The notes beneath the pieces are model-generated. The model saw only the letters and a program-made list of their open reading frames with translations. It searched no databases and had not been told where the DNA came from. A DNA stretch of 64,000 bases from positions 45,942,001 through 46,006,000 of the forward strand of contig OZ024750.1 of assembly GCA_964016885.1 (NCBI GenBank), in the 5' to 3' direction. The DNA comes from Eledone cirrhosa. Its lineage: Eukaryota. The translations under genes and the position numbers were made by a program. This document shows, piece after piece, positions 1 to 18,683 of the stretch (the stretch's first letter is position 1; each line of letters opens with the position of its first letter).

Positions 1-1926
1 CTTGCTCTGCAAAAGAATTTCTACATTTTCCGTATGTAATTTTGGTGGAAGTGTCCAACTTCGTAACCGCATTTGTTGTCACATCTCTCATGTTTTACTG
101 CCATATAAAACTGCTGAGAAAACTATTCGACTATAGAATGTGATCTTCATTTATGTGCTCATACTTGATGTTACTTTGAGTTAAATATTATGATGATGTG
201 ACACACCTATTTTATATATCTGTACAAGAGGAAGGTAACACCCAAGGTGTAATTCCGAACTACCAAAGAGAAACTACAACGAGATTCCGCACACAAAGTT
301 TCCCAGACAGTTCCTTTCAGTTCTTATTTATAGAGTTTGGCCAAGTCCACTTTTTGTTACGCGGGGATATTCAGGTTTTTTTCCCCACAACATTAAAGGA
401 TTGACAAAGTGTCGTTTGGATCACTTTACTCTATGGAGCCTAGGTATTAAGGACATCGTGACTAAGTACATTAGGTGCAGTTTAGATGTGGATACTTAGA
501 AGCTCTTTGAAGTTATAGACAGAATAAAAAACCTCAATAATTTTAACAAAAGTAGCATAAAATAAATGAGAAGCAGGTGAGATGTGCGCATATAGAAGCT
601 GTTTGGTAACCATCATAGACAGAACATAGCAGACATATTGATGTAGGGATATTGGAAAATGTAAACGATGATAACTTTTATGGAAACCAACAAATGAAAA
701 ACTATATCTAGTAGATTTGATTAGAAATAAAACACATTTAAAGGATCTGTGTAAAGGGGAAAATATGAAAGTTAAAACCAAGAATTCCGTGGATGGATAG
801 AATATAAAATAAAGGGAAAGCTTAAGAACACTAGATGAAAGGAAATGATGTGGGGGGGGGGTATAGTATAGACCCTGCTGTGAGTAGACATTACGTGATG
901 ATGATGATAACAATATATTTTAGTAATAGACGATGAAAGAAGCTTTCATTAGGGAGTCGGGGAGATTGCTTTGCGATATTTCCATACGCTTTCTTCGGTC
1001 TAAGCTCAAATACTGCCCAGGTAAAAACTCTTTTATTTTGGACACAGTTAAACAAAACATCATTTAAGTACTCGAAGAGATTTTGCTCCCTCTCAGAATT
1101 GGTTACATTATCCTGGGAGCAGGGTTGTTTTGCGCTTACACCCTACACAAAGGGTCTCTCTCTCTTTCCAGAAATGGTGTAGGTTTTTGCAAAGGGCTAG
1201 CGATAACGTGATACATCGAATGGCGTGCCGGAGAAGAAGAAGAAGAAGAAGAAGAAGAAGAAGAAATGTATAGAGTACCACAGTAATTCATTGCCTTCAA
1301 ACCATAAGTATTTAATTCCAACACCAGTAGCACCATCCTATTACATTCACACCATAACTACAGTATTGAATTCACAAGATAATTAAATTCGTCACCAACG
1401 CCACCTCTAGAATAATATTATAGTTTTTCAGCCATAAATATATGTAAATTTACCACTAATACAACGGCCATGACCACCACAATAATGTTAGATTCTAAAC
1501 ATAAGACTAAGTAACAACATTGCCACCACTGTCTTGCCTTAAGTGTATAGTAGACCAGAACCGTCATCCCACATTTTAAATTGAATGGTAAGGAACATGA
1601 AAAAAAAGTTTATTTCTTTCACACGATAAGAAAACGTGAGAATTAAAAGAATAAGAAGATTATACAAAACTTACATTAAAACATGGGATAAATAATCTTT
1701 GAAATAATCAAATATGAGTCTTCGAGCAATATATTTGTATTTAATTTTTTAAAAAGAAAACGCCCCATAAAAAGAGAATGTCCCCTTCTTCTCATTTGAT
1801 CGTGTTTGATTATGTAGCTTAGATAGTTTCTTAATATATATTAAAGTGTTTACTAAGGTATGTTTGATATTTTATATATACACACAGACTTACATACATA
1901 TATACACATGAAAGAAAAATATCTAC

Positions 1927-1982
<56 letters not shown>

Positions 1983-2209
1983 GTATCTATCTATCTATCT
2001 ATCTCACTCTCTCTCTCTATATATATATATATGTGTGTGAAAAGATTCAGGACCCCGACGGCTGAGCTCCGGCAATTTCGACAGCTATATCTGTCCGGAT
2101 CTAGCTGTCGAAACGGGCGGACCTCAGCCTTCGGGGTCCTGAATCTTCTACTACCCCAAGTATCGAGTACTCTCATGCGTTATGGTCCACCCTCTATGTT
2201 CTCTCTCTT

Positions 2210-2375
<166 letters not shown>

Positions 2376-2421
2376 TCGTAAAATAAGAAAATTATAAAAT
2401 TAACTTACTTACTAAAATATC

Positions 2422-2503
2422 ACTTCCAACTAATTAGTTTCTGGAATGGAGTAAATATATTTTCCGGAGAAGATATGGAGAAACATTCCGTCGTCAGGGA
2501 AGT
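2422..2503 (-). ncRNA. Hammerhead, inverted copy
   Basis: Reverse complement of the 2946-3027 motif. Confidence 0.85.
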
Positions 2504-2945
2504 CTATTCTCAGCTAAGTTTCCAGGCAAAGCGAGGACTCTGGAAACTTATTAAAAAATAATTCAGTGGATAGGAAATAGCAAAGCGTGGACTGAATTCC
2601 TAGCCATTGAGAAAATCACTGCCTCTGCGTCTGTGGCAAATTCAAAAATAATCAATCACGTGACATCGAGGTCAATCAGTGGAAAGTGGTTTGCTAATAA
2701 GACAGCGGCTTGCCTACTACCATAGCAGCAGTCATGGCCAATATTGCTCGACAAATAATTTGGAGATAATTATAAAGAATTAATATCTAGTAACATATAT
2801 ATACATACAAATGCATATCAATGCTAGCAAATATATAGGTTTTGTCTTAGTAACATGGTGGTTCAATGCATGGGGTTGCAGAACAATAATATGAGAGACG
2901 TAAAATAAGAAAATTATAAAATTAACTTACTTACTAAGAGTATAG

Positions 2946-3027
2946 ACTTCCCTGACGACGGAATGTTTCTCTATATCTTCTCCGGAAAATATATTTACTC
3001 CATTCCAGAAACTAATTAGTTGGAAGT
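2946..3027 (+). ncRNA. Type I hammerhead ribozyme with extended stem II
   Basis: acttcc-CTGACGA-cggaatg...cattcca-GAAA-ctaattag-TT-ggaagt; palindromic stem III CTAATTAG, GUU site. Confidence 0.85.
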
Positions 3028-3467
3028 GATATTTTAGTAAGTAAGTTAATTTTATAATTTTCTTATTTTACGTCTCTCATATTATTGTTCTGCAACCCCA
3101 TGCATTGAACCACCATGTTATTAAGACAAAACCTATATATTTGCTAGCATTGATATGCATCTGTATGTATATATATGTTACTAGATATTAATTCTTTATA
3201 ATTATCTCCAAATTATTTGTCGAGCAATATTGGCCATGACTGCTGCTATGGTAATAGGCAGGCCGCTGTCTTTTTAGCAAACCACTTTCCACTGATTGAC
3301 CTCGATGTCACGTGATTGATTCTTTTTGAATTTGCCACAGACGCAGAGGCAGTGATTTTCTCAATGGCTAGGAATTCAGTCCACGCTTTGCTATTTCCTA
3401 TCCACTGAATTATTTTTTAATAAGTTTCCAGAGTCCTCGCTTTGCCTGGAAACTTAGCTGAGAATAG

Positions 3468-3549
3468 ACTTCCCTGACGATGGAATGTTTCTCCATATCT
3501 TCTCCGGAAAATATATTTACTCCATTCCAGAAACTAATTAGTTGGAAGT
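3468..3549 (+). ncRNA. Hammerhead, tandem copy
   Basis: Same motif 522 nt downstream; stem II tggaatg/cattcca fully paired. Confidence 0.85.
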
Positions 3550-3716
3550 GATATTTTAGTAAGTAAGTTAATTTTATAATTTTCTTATTTTACGTCTCTC
3601 ATATTATTGTTCTGCAACCCCATGCATTGAACCACAATGTTACTAAGACAAAACCTATATATTTTCTAGCATTGATATGCATCTGTATGTATATATATGT
3701 TACTAGATATTAATTC

Positions 3717-3787
<71 letters not shown>

Positions 3788-3832
3788 TTAATAAAAATAC
3801 ATTTATTAATATATACATATATATATATATAT

Positions 3833-4015
3833 AGGAAAAAGTATGACCCCGACGGCAGAGCTCAAGCCGTTTCGACGGCTATCTCTGGACCGTCGAAACG
3901 GCTTGAGCTGTGACGTCGGGGTCATAATTTTTCCTATTCCCACTCTACTACCCTAAGTATTGAGTACTCTGGTGTGTTGTGGTCCATCTGGTTCCTTACC
4001 ACAATTCCTTTGTTA
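3833..4015 (+). mobile_element. Short fold-back element (family A) carrying the 3' half of a hammerhead; other copies at 2042-2192, 10626-10797, 19802-20050, 20091-20345, 48012-48222
   Basis: Shared GAAA-cggcttgagctc(t/a)gccg-TC-ggggtcata, mirrored as an inverted repeat, then a conserved tail ccactctactaccctaagtattgagtact...ggttccttaccacaattcctttgt-(TA)n. Confidence 0.75.
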
Positions 4016-4392
4016 TATATATATATTAATAAATGTATTTGTATTAAATCATGATCACAGTGAGTTTAGAAATATAAAATATTTGTGTAAGTCACCGCTT
4101 TCAGCAACAACCGCTGGAACTAAAGAAAAAGGTTCTGCCATATTTAAATATATTCATAGTCTCAATATCATGCTCTTCTAAACCGAAGCAGCAGTATCAT
4201 TCAAAAATGTACCACAAATGCTGTTTAACTTAGGAATTATATTATTTCAGTCCCAATGGATTACAGGAAACCTCTCAATTATCTGGGCACTACTTATAGC
4301 ATAGCCATTAAATATTTTATTTCACAATTCCCAATGTTTGACAGAGGCAGCCGAATTGACGAAACTTATATTTCTGGCCTATCATTGTAGTT

Positions 4393-5060
4393 CTTTTCTT
4401 CTTCACCCACTTAGTCCTTAGAGGGTCGTGGGGATAGAATCCTCAAACACTCTTTCCAGCGGGTCCTGTCAGAAGATACAATCTCTAACTGATCTGGCTG
4501 GATCCCCAAGTATGACCAGCCACGGTCATAGATGTCATCCAAGCATCTTGCTCGGTGTTTGCCCCTGGGTCTTCTACTTGTGGGTTCGCCCGTGAAATCT
4601 GTCCAACGATTCTTTCCTGAGACATTCTAACCATATGCCTATAGTATCGGAGCTGTGATCTCTCAGTTCGGTGAAGTAGTAGCTCTAGCTGGAGTGACTC
4701 TCTATCACCGAGCTACACACTCTATCGAGTAACGTTACTCCAAAGACCCTTTGGAGGAATCCCATTCCGGCCGCTTGTATTCGCGACCCAATTCTTTCGG
4801 TCATTACCCAAGATTCATGCCAATAGATAAGGGTTGGCACGAAAAGCTCATGGTTGTTCTCTAACAATCTTGCTCGGGGTCTACCCCTGGGTCTCCTGCC
4901 GGTTGGTTTAACCCGTCAAATCTGTCCTGAGACATTTTAACCACATGGCCATAGTATCGGAGCTGTGATCTCTCAATTCGGAGAAATAGCGGCTCCACCT
5001 GGAATGAATCTGATGCCGGTACTACGCAATTTATCGAGTAGCGTTACTTCAAAGAACCAT
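4393..5060 (-). mobile_element. RTE-clade LINE 3' remnant (two overlapping fragments); another 3' end at 27003-27063
   Basis: FVPTLIYWHESWVMTERIGSRIQAAGMGFLQRVFGVTLLDRVCSSVI followed by RSQLRY and PTSRRPRG-like coding blocks typical of RTE C-termini, and a short (AAG)n tail. Confidence 0.85.
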
Positions 5061-5804
5061 TTTACTTCATATTTAAAATATACTTTCCTTAAATATGCGC
5101 GTATATTTAATTTACCATGTTTGTTTGCATAAATGTTCTTTGTACTTGCCATTATAATCTTTGAATAACCCCAGATAGAAGATTAACCAATAATATACCA
5201 ACACGCACAAGATCAACATGAATAATAAAATACAAATATTTTTACTATAGACTGTCCGGTGGTATTTTACATAAATACCCGAAATATTTTAATGGAAAGC
5301 TCGGAGTAGCGATACATGTAGCTTTCAGTAAATTATATCACTAACTTAGAAACATATATATATATATATATATCATATTATATTATATTATCGTTATATA
5401 TATATATGTGTGTATGTGTGTGTTTGTGTGTGTGTTGTGTGGATTTATGTATATTTACATACGATTCTTGATATATTTGAAGAAGTCTTGATTATCGTGT
5501 ACACACACAAGCTCTCATACACAAACACACACACACACGCATATATATATGTGTATGTATAGTAGTACACTGTATGTGTTTATGTTTTGATGAAGCCACA
5601 TTTGACGAAAATTCTAAGAGAATAGGAAAAAAATATATTGTATAATCTGGGATGGTTAACTGTATAACATTCTGAACAATTTCTTTGATATTGAGCAATG
5701 AGGAACGTTTATCAAGATTAAATGAGTTGTAAAGAGATTGGTTCTTCCTTCCAGGAAAGATAATACATAATAGCAATACTGAAACTACTAAACATAATAA
5801 CAAT

Positions 5805-7366
<1,562 letters not shown>

Positions 7367-7574
7367 CATACATACTTGCACACATACAAACACATGACAT
7401 TGTGTGGACTTCGTTTGTATCTGGAATTGAAATTGAAAAATCACTTGGTATTTGTTGTAAGGTAACTTCAGCCTTCAGAATTCATTAATTCAATTAGATT
7501 TAAATTATATTTTTTTTAAATCGTGTAAAATTGCATATATACGACTGTACACACTCGCAAACATAGACGCAGAT

Positions 7575-8670
<1,096 letters not shown>

Positions 8671-8727
8671 ACATACACACCCACGTACGCTCATGAATAT
8701 ATATAAATGTATATATACACGTATATG

Positions 8728-8840
<113 letters not shown>

Positions 8841-9925
8841 GCACACACACTTACAGGAGTATATTTTGTTAACGCTGGAATGATGAATTTCCAAATTTAA
8901 CCTCAGTAGGCTGGGAACTCCTAACGGAAAATACGAAGGTAATACGTGAGTGAAAATTAATGGAGATCGTGTAAAAGAAGGGAGATAAATGTGCTTATAA
9001 TATTTCTTTGTTGTTACATCAGTCAATGTCTAATTGTTAATTCCTCGTTACTTGCACATTGGAGTGTGCTTAGTTTACCTTTGCTACGTTTGTTAAGAGT
9101 CGAAGTGTGTATGTGTATTGTAATACATTTTTAATGATATATTGTATGTAAGATGTTAAATTACAAACATTATTGGTCGGTAAAATAAAGTACCAGTAAT
9201 GCACTGGTTAATTGCTGGCCTTGTGCCTAAATTAGAAACAATTATTTTATATTATGTGGTGGATTGGCAGTATCGGTAGAGGGTCGGACGCCATGCTTTG
9301 ACGCATAGAGTTACGGCCTTTGCCATTCTGAGTTCAAATACCGCCGAGGTTAACTTTGCCTTTCATCCTTACGGGGTCTATAAAATAAAGTACCAGTAAT
9401 GCACTGGGATAATTTCTGGCCTTGTGCCAAAAATAGAAACAATTATTGTATAATGTGTAACACATCATCACTATACACTAATGCACTCACATACGTATAC
9501 ATAAATGCATACATATGTTGGTGTGTGTGTGTGGGCGTGTGGGTGTGTATGTGCGTGTGTAAGTGTATTAATTTATTTAATACATCACACAGGATTGGTA
9601 TTGTTTCTTTCAGTTTAGAAATCGCCTCTGCTCTCTTTCTTTATATATATAAACCTACAAACAGAGGGCGAGAGCCGAATAAAAACATTTAGAAGACAAT
9701 TGTCTATGAGTTTTAAAGTAGTGACTACGTCACTTACTTATTTTCGGCAAAAACACACCCCTTTGTTTTTGCCGAAAATATGTAAGTGACATAGTCACTA
9801 CTTTAAAACTCATAGCGAATGGTATTCTAAATGTTTTTAATTAAACATACAGCATATTGCCATATATACTATACATACATACATGTATACATCGGTATTT
9901 CAGAGCACCAATACTAATATATATA

Positions 9926-10260
9926 CGAGGATAATCCCAAAAGTAAGGTGTCCAAAGCGATGGGGACGCAGAGAAACAAGCATGCGCGCGCTTCGCAGGG
10001 ATGACCAATCTTGGCTTGGCAGCCGTTGAGAATGGAGCTCCCGTTGAACGCTACCGCCAAGTGCGAATTTCGCGCAGTTATTATATACGAGGGCAATCCG
10101 AAAAGTAAGGTCCACTTCCGAGGAAAACATGCGTAAAGATCGGCGGATCACTCTGGATGCTCTCTACATTATGGTACCTGAGGTTTCCGCAAAAAACAAC
10201 AGGATTCTAACAAAAAAGTTGCAATATCGGAAGGAGACCTTACTTTTGGGATTGCCCTCG
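9926..10260 (+). mobile_element. Mariner-family deletion derivative / MITE with an extra internal left TIR at 10088
   Basis: TA|cgaggataatcccaaaagtaaggt ... accttacttttgggattgccctcg|TA. Internal transposase-like scraps MELPLNATAKCEFRAVI and RKDRRIT. Confidence 0.75.
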
Positions 10261-10285
10261 TATATATATATATAGATATATATAT

Positions 10286-10351
<66 letters not shown>

Positions 10352-10478
10352 AAGATGAAATTGAAAATGCAACTGGAGTCGTATTTTTAAATGAATATAT
10401 ATATCTATTTCGTTCCTTTACCGGTTTCGCAGTTCTTCTGCTTTCCAAAAGTAAAGTTGAGATGGAGGGTCTGTGGTT

Positions 10479-10562
<84 letters not shown>

Positions 10563-11010
10563 CTATGTATGTCTGGTTGTGTTTTCGTGTCTTTTTGTGA
10601 CTCGATATGTATATATATATATATAAGGAAAAAGTATGACCCCGACGTCGAGCTCAAGCCGTTTCGACGGCTATTTCGACGGCTTGAGCTCTGCCGTCGG
10701 GGTCATAGATTTTCCTTTTTCCCACTCTACTACCCTAAGTATTGAGTACTCTGGTGTGTTATGGTTCTTCTGGTTCCTTACCACAATTCCTTTGTTATAT
10801 ATATATATATTTTTTATTTGTTTGACCCGAATTACTTGGTCGTTTCTATGGCTTTGCGGATGACGGTTTAACCATCGTCTCAGTGTGTTTGGCCTTTAAC
10901 GTATGGTGTATCTCTGGTTCGTCAGAATTATTGAGCGCTTGCCACACATCTCGGAAGTTGTTTTTCGCTAATTTCCAATAGCCGAAATACGATTCTCGCT
11001 ATTTTATATT

Positions 11011-11041
<31 letters not shown>

Positions 11042-11431
11042 CAGGCTGGTCTTTCAGTTTATATTCACCTGACCATGACTCGACAAATCTAGTCTAACGA
11101 TCCTATGAGTACACAAGATTCATGTCTTAGCCACATAGTACCATAGAACAACAATTATATTATAGACACCCTATATATCTCAATGTGTACTTAGTACTCA
11201 ATGAGATATTTACCTCATTTTTATACATTCTCTAAACAATGTAGAGAAAAAAATTCGTTGTTGCTTACTGCTATTTTTTTAGCAGCCAAGCCATCATCAA
11301 GTCTGTAATATTCCCGCTTGCTCTAGTGGCCAGGTCACGTATGGGTCACTTTAACAGCTATAACTCATACGAGCTGGTAGTTAGCATTATATTTGCGGAC
11401 CATGGGACATATGTCCTATAGAAAGGAAATA

Positions 11432-11495
11432 GCTATCTGATGAAATCTACTTTCCGTTGGAAATTCTTTTGTGGATGGAAACCGCCGGTAATAGC
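11432..11495 (+). ncRNA. Type I hammerhead within a (TA)n-flanked element (about 11040-11575; its first ~85 nt recur at 11708-11795)
   Basis: gctat-CTGATGA-aatctac...gtggatg-GAAA-ccgccgg-TA-atagc. Confidence 0.8.
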
Positions 11496-11571
11496 ATTAT
11501 GAACAGGTAGATATTTAAATTATTTTTTAATTTATTTAAAGGATTGTTTAATGTTTGTTTGTTCTGCTCAT

Positions 11572-11653
<82 letters not shown>

Positions 11654-11853
11654 TATAATATATATAATATATATATATAATATATAATATATATATATAA
11701 TATATATACAGGCTGGTCTTTCAGTTTATATTCACCTGACCATGACTCAACAAATCTAGTCTAACGATCCTATGAGTACACAAGATTCATGTCTTATCCA
11801 CAATAATGTTCCCTCCACCAGCACACATACATATACATATCTATGTGTGCATT

Positions 11854-12009
<156 letters not shown>

Positions 12010-12237
12010 TAGTACATGTTGAAATGGATTGCGGCCACAGGCGGCATGCCTGGATGAGCACTCCGTGCTCAATGGGGACAGAGTATCGATAAACACATAT
12101 CTAAGGAGATCCTGATTCCAGGATCAGGATCGAACATTAATCGATCCTTCCTCGAGCTGATCTGCAGTGAAACATGTGTAATATATGTAATTAAATATGT
12201 ATATGATGCAATACTGATTCTTTGTTCCCATCTATTG

Positions 12238-12302
<65 letters not shown>

Positions 12303-12505
12303 CATTATTATTCGGTAGAGCATCGGACGCCATGCTTTACAGCAAAGAGTTACGGTCCTTTATGGTCTGAGTTCAAATCCCGCCGTGGTTAACTTTGCCT
12401 TTCATCCTTACAGGGTTGATAAATTAAAGTACCAGTAATGTACTGGGTACTTGCTGACCTTGTGTCAAAAGTAGAAATAATAAGTATTATTGTTTATGCA
12501 CACAG

Positions 12506-12550
<45 letters not shown>

Positions 12551-12665
12551 ATATATATATATAAAGGGCGGTGCCCCAGAATGACCTCAGCCGTGTGGCT
12601 GGAACAGGTAAAAGAGTAAAAGAGTAATATATATATATTAATATATATATATATATATATATATA

Positions 12666-12951
12666 TGGTTGTCCCCCGGTATTCACAAGGGTTATGTTCG
12701 TAGAGCAAAGCGATGATTGAAAAACCGCGAATATCGGACGTGGTCCATATAAATGCATATAAACGTCAATACAACGTAAAATATCGGACGGCATATACGG
12801 TATATTGTTATTAATACTTCAGCGTGAAAAAGCGTCAAAATATATATATTGCCACGAAAAGCGTCATTAAAATATCGCGGATGATATTTACGATTCCACC
12901 AATATGCGGTGGTTAGGCTCTAAGGAACCGCGAATGCCGTGTTACACTGTA
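12666..12951. mobile_element. Possible Tigger/pogo-like MITE
   Basis: Ends ccgcgaatgccgtgttacactg|TA; degenerate left end cccccggtattcac; internal ccgcgaatatcgg repeat; sits in (TA)n. Confidence 0.4.
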
Positions 12952-13170
12952 TATATATTTTATATATATGTATGTGTGTGTGTGTGTGTGTGTGCATATG
13001 TGTGTGTGTGTGTGCGTGTATGTGTCTGTGAATTCATTCATCTGTCTTTCCGTCTTCCTTCTTTCAAAATGTCTGTCTATCGTGTTGTTCCCTCTTTACT
13101 GTCGTCTTATCTTCTTATCTTTCTCTTCTATCTTTCTATCTTTCTCTCCGTCTTTCTGTTCTAATTCCTT

Positions 13171-13241
<71 letters not shown>

Positions 13242-13454
13242 CTCTCTACTGGTTATTTCATGGCTGTCCAGCTGGAACATATGGTAAGCCATAATGTGAA
13301 CTGTCATGACGGCTATTCGTAACAGAAATGGTGACACTGTTAAACAAAGCAGTGGGATTTACTGGCACAACGTTTATTGGAGACGGTGTTTCAAATTGAA
13401 TTAGCAGAGTCGACTTTCACAGTTGTAAAAACACGCACCTAATTACAGGCGCTG

Positions 13455-13486
<32 letters not shown>

Positions 13487-13745
13487 ACATACACACACAC
13501 ACTTCTATCCACACACATACACACAGAGACATACACACACATACTCAGCACACAAGAGACTTTATTCTATGCTTACACACATGCATATTAGCGAAGAAGC
13601 CAATGTATTGATGCGCGTGAATATTCACACAGATGAAGCGGACGTAAACATGCATATATGATGTGAGGAATCCTCCATCGTTGTCGACGATGAGCAATCC
13701 TTTGTTCGATCAAATAAATATCCGGCTCTTGAATAGACGTGGCTG

Positions 13746-13997
<252 letters not shown>

Positions 13998-14046
13998 AAT
14001 ATATATATATATAAATATATATATATATAAATATATATATATATAA

Positions 14047-14117
<71 letters not shown>

Positions 14118-14154
14118 TAAATATATATATATATAAATATATATATATATAAAT

Positions 14155-14187
<33 letters not shown>

Positions 14188-14190
14188 AAT

Positions 14191-14336
<146 letters not shown>

Positions 14337-14356
14337 CATCATAAATTACCTTTTAT

Positions 14357-14389
<33 letters not shown>

Positions 14390-14423
14390 TATATATATAT
14401 ATATTATATATATATATATATAT

Positions 14424-14510
<87 letters not shown>

Positions 14511-14543
14511 ATATATATTATATATATATATTATATATATATA

Positions 14544-15189
<646 letters not shown>

Positions 15190-15214
15190 TATATATAATA
15201 TATATATATATATT

Positions 15215-15310
<96 letters not shown>

Positions 15311-15311
15311 T

Positions 15312-15377
<66 letters not shown>

Positions 15378-15566
15378 AAAGGTAACTTATGATGTCTACC
15401 TGTTATTAATCATTCTTTATCTACACTCCGGAATACAGAAGGATCAGAAACTGAGTTTTTCCGACTATTCTTCCATAACTCGTTGAGTCACCCCTCGTCA
15501 ACTCTATCTAGTGTAGTAATTAACTATTACTGCATTCAGGATAATCGTAAGCATTTCTTGCATAAC

Positions 15567-15613
<47 letters not shown>

Positions 15614-15864
15614 TAAAACATGTCTATAGAATCACCAGATAAAATATATACCATTTCCGCTCCCAATTACCATAATTAACTATATAAAAAATCGAATAGA
15701 CCAGGCTATAAGAATAAGGCTTCAATGAAGAAATCTCCAACAAATATCCGAAACTAGCCCTTCGCGTGGGCTACGACGGAATATTTATCGAATATTTCGA
15801 CAGCTCTGATTATTTAATTGATTAACTTTTCATTGAGCCACAAAGTGACCCGTTGCAAAACACG

Positions 15865-15923
<59 letters not shown>

Positions 15924-16161
15924 CTGTTTGGTTGGTTTTCGCTTCTGTGTCTTTTATATCGGTCAATTTAATTTATTCGGTGGGAGGAAACATAATAGTA
16001 CCACTGACGTGTTGAAGAAATGTGTGTGTATATGTGAGTAAAAGTGTGTGTGTGCATGTAAGTACGAAGCTATGAGCAAAAGTATGTTAATATAAGGGTG
16101 TGTATCGGTATGTATTAGTTGTAAGAGAAGCTGGTAATGATCAAGAGAAAGCGATAGGAAT

Positions 16162-16506
16162 CTAGGGGAGGGATAATGAATGGGGTTTTAGAGAAATTGG
16201 GCAGGTGAGTCCAAGAGGGGAATAGGACCCAAGGAGGTGAATCAGACTTTGTTCAGTCTTAGTGCGCGAGGCCTGTGATCCATGATGTAAAGGGACACCC
16301 AGAACTGAAACATGTAGGGAAGAATGACCAGGAGAACAGAAATGACGGGCGACAGGATTATCCAAACCGAGTCTGGTGTCCCTCAAATGTTCGGCAAAAC
16401 GGTCCGCCATACGGCGTCCTGTTTGTGCGATATTTAAAGACCCGCAAAGGGAACACCGGAGGGCATAGACAACGTGGGTGGATATGCAGGTGAAGGAATG
16501 GCGCAT
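16162..16506 (-). pseudogene. PLE GIY-YIG endonuclease remnant (Neptune-like)
   Basis: FTCISTHVVYALRCSLCGSLNIAQTGRRMADRFAEHLRD...PVARHF..PGH...RTKTEQSLIHLLGSYSPLGL; the YIG motif is degenerate. Confidence 0.85.
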
Positions 16507-16620
16507 ACGGAAAGACTCGTTAGGACCTGTAAGAGTGGTGACGGTGGAAATAAAGGGACAAGTGTTGCAGCGGTAACGGGAACAAGTATGAGCGCCTCCT
16601 GGTATAGTCGTGAGAGAGGA

Positions 16621-16654
<34 letters not shown>

Positions 16655-16656
<2 letters not shown>

Positions 16657-17222
16657 CTTTAAATGGAGTGAGAATAAGAAGAAAGCAAGAAGAATGCAAG
16701 AAAGAGAGGGGGTTCCTCAACAGTTGTCTACTGGGGGTCTCGGATATTTCCACGCTTTAAAGACAAGATATCTACCGCCCAGAGCGTTCAATAACAATTA
16801 GTAGTGCTTGCCACCGCATTGTGTCCCTCGCCTGACCCTCTAGTAGTTCTATTCTCACTTACAACTCGCTGGGGTCAGACGTGTGTCTTTACGCTCACCC
16901 ACTTGCTATTGAACTTAAGTTTTCTCATCGTTGTGGTCTTGGATTTCCTTACCTTAAGTTGCTCGCACATTGCTCGGTTTGTTGTTTGTTTTCGCTGTTT
17001 TTCTCCTTTCTTCCCTTTTGCCTTCTATTTTCCAGCCCTCTCTCCTCCGTTTTCCCAATAACTTACCCAGTTATTGAACGCTCTGGATGGTACATATCTT
17101 GTCTTTAAAGCGTGGAAATGTCCGAGACACCCAGTAGACAACTAATGAGGAAAGCTCTACCCACCCCACCGTTCTTGTTTTCTCCTTTCTTTCTTCTTAT
17201 TCTCACTCCATTTTAAGCTACC
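16655..17222. repeat. Old fold-back element, arms about 16655-16795 and 17070-17222, probably a decayed PLE pseudo-LTR
   Basis: tagctttaaatggagtgagaataagaa...cacgctttaaagacaagatat is mirrored by atatcttgtctttaaagcgtg...ttattctcactccattttaagcta; adjacent to the GIY-YIG remnant. Confidence 0.6.
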
Positions 17223-17256
17223 TTAACTAGCAACTACACACCCAATCCTATTCTCC

Positions 17257-17323
<67 letters not shown>

Positions 17324-17324
<1 letters not shown>

Positions 17325-18138
17325 TAGTCGAATTACTCGCGCCTTGCTGCGTTTCTTTTCGTAAGAAAATGATGATTGATTTTAAATCAGTAATATAATT
17401 AATGGAGAAAAAATCCCAAAACATGCATTTCAATATTACTCAATGTAAAATTTAATGCAGGAAAAATTGAAATACATTATTTTTAGTAATATATCAATGA
17501 AATCAAAATTACATTATTAAATCTTATTTTATTTTGTTTCTTGTAAATAATTTTTTTCAAAATATCAATTCAAAACTTGGTCATTTCATTATTGTGTAAA
17601 GCATTATTTTCAAATTAGAAATTCAAAGTTTAATTATTTATTTTTTAACATAATGAATACATGAAAATATATTTCCTACTTTGAACTTCCGTGTAAACAA
17701 CATTACTGGTCTTTCTATGATTGGCTAAAATATAGAGATTTTTTGAAGTTCCAGTCCTTGAAACAGCCACTTAAAACATGCCATGATTGAAACATGGATT
17801 TGTCAGATATATACCAATTGTTTGGAAAGTTTGACCTTGACTACTATTGATGATCATGGCCTCACTGGGAACTGCAGACTCTTAAATATGAAAGGCAACT
17901 CGCTATCACTTGGTATCAGTGGAATCCTGGGAATGAGAAGAGCTTGACCTTTGTAAGCCCCGAATATAATGGTTACTTCAATCAAGGTCTCATGCAATCT
18001 TGTTACAACACATCTTGTTCCATTTATTGGCCGAAATTTTCAAGTTTGTAGATAGCAGCTGTTTTAGGTTATGTAACTGTTATGGAAACACGTGTCAATA
18101 AATTCCTTTCAACTAAACTGTATCCATTCAAATCTTTC

Positions 18139-18140
<2 letters not shown>
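17324..18140 (-). mobile_element. Helitron deletion derivative retaining a Pif1-helicase C-terminal pseudogene fragment
   Basis: Minus-strand translation of about 18025-17680 gives NGTRCVV..L...IEV.I..G..KGQALLIPRIPLIPSDSELPFIFKSLQFPVR, a frameshift, then AMIINSSQGQTF..IGIYL..PCFNHGMF*VAVSR...NVVYTEV. 3' end has a GC hairpin (cgcagcaaggcgcg) then CTAG|T. Confidence 0.9.
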
Positions 18141-18171
<31 letters not shown>

Positions 18172-18635
18172 AACAGATTAAAGTTTAAGCATATATAGTA
18201 ATAATAATAAATGTGAAGACTAAAATCCGAAGAGGGTTCGATAAGGATAATATATGTATCAAAATATATAACATCATATATCTGTGTGCGTGTGAGTGTG
18301 CGTGTCTCGGTACCTATCTATATACAGACGTATATAAAAGTGTTTATTTCTATCTATGAATATATATATAGGTGTGTAAATATAGATATATAGATTTTAT
18401 TGTTGTATAATATAGATATATAGTCATTATTTGTGTATTCGTTTCTACTTATCAATGTAAATAGCAAATATAACCTCATGTAATCTGTCTGTATATGTAA
18501 TGGTTGATAACTTATATTCACTACAATAGGCATTTTAGTTGGTTTACATGCTAATAAATATATGAGTGAGTGTGTCTTTGTGAGAATTTGTCTGTTCATA
18601 CTTGCATGAGAAAACTGGGAATGTTCACACGCACT

Positions 18636-18683
<48 letters not shown>

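Noticed and set aside
198-913. ORFs 198-404 and 482-913 and a minus-strand TATAAATA near 330
   Set aside because: No recognisable protein motifs, non-ATG starts, and TATA-like words are common in AT-rich DNA.
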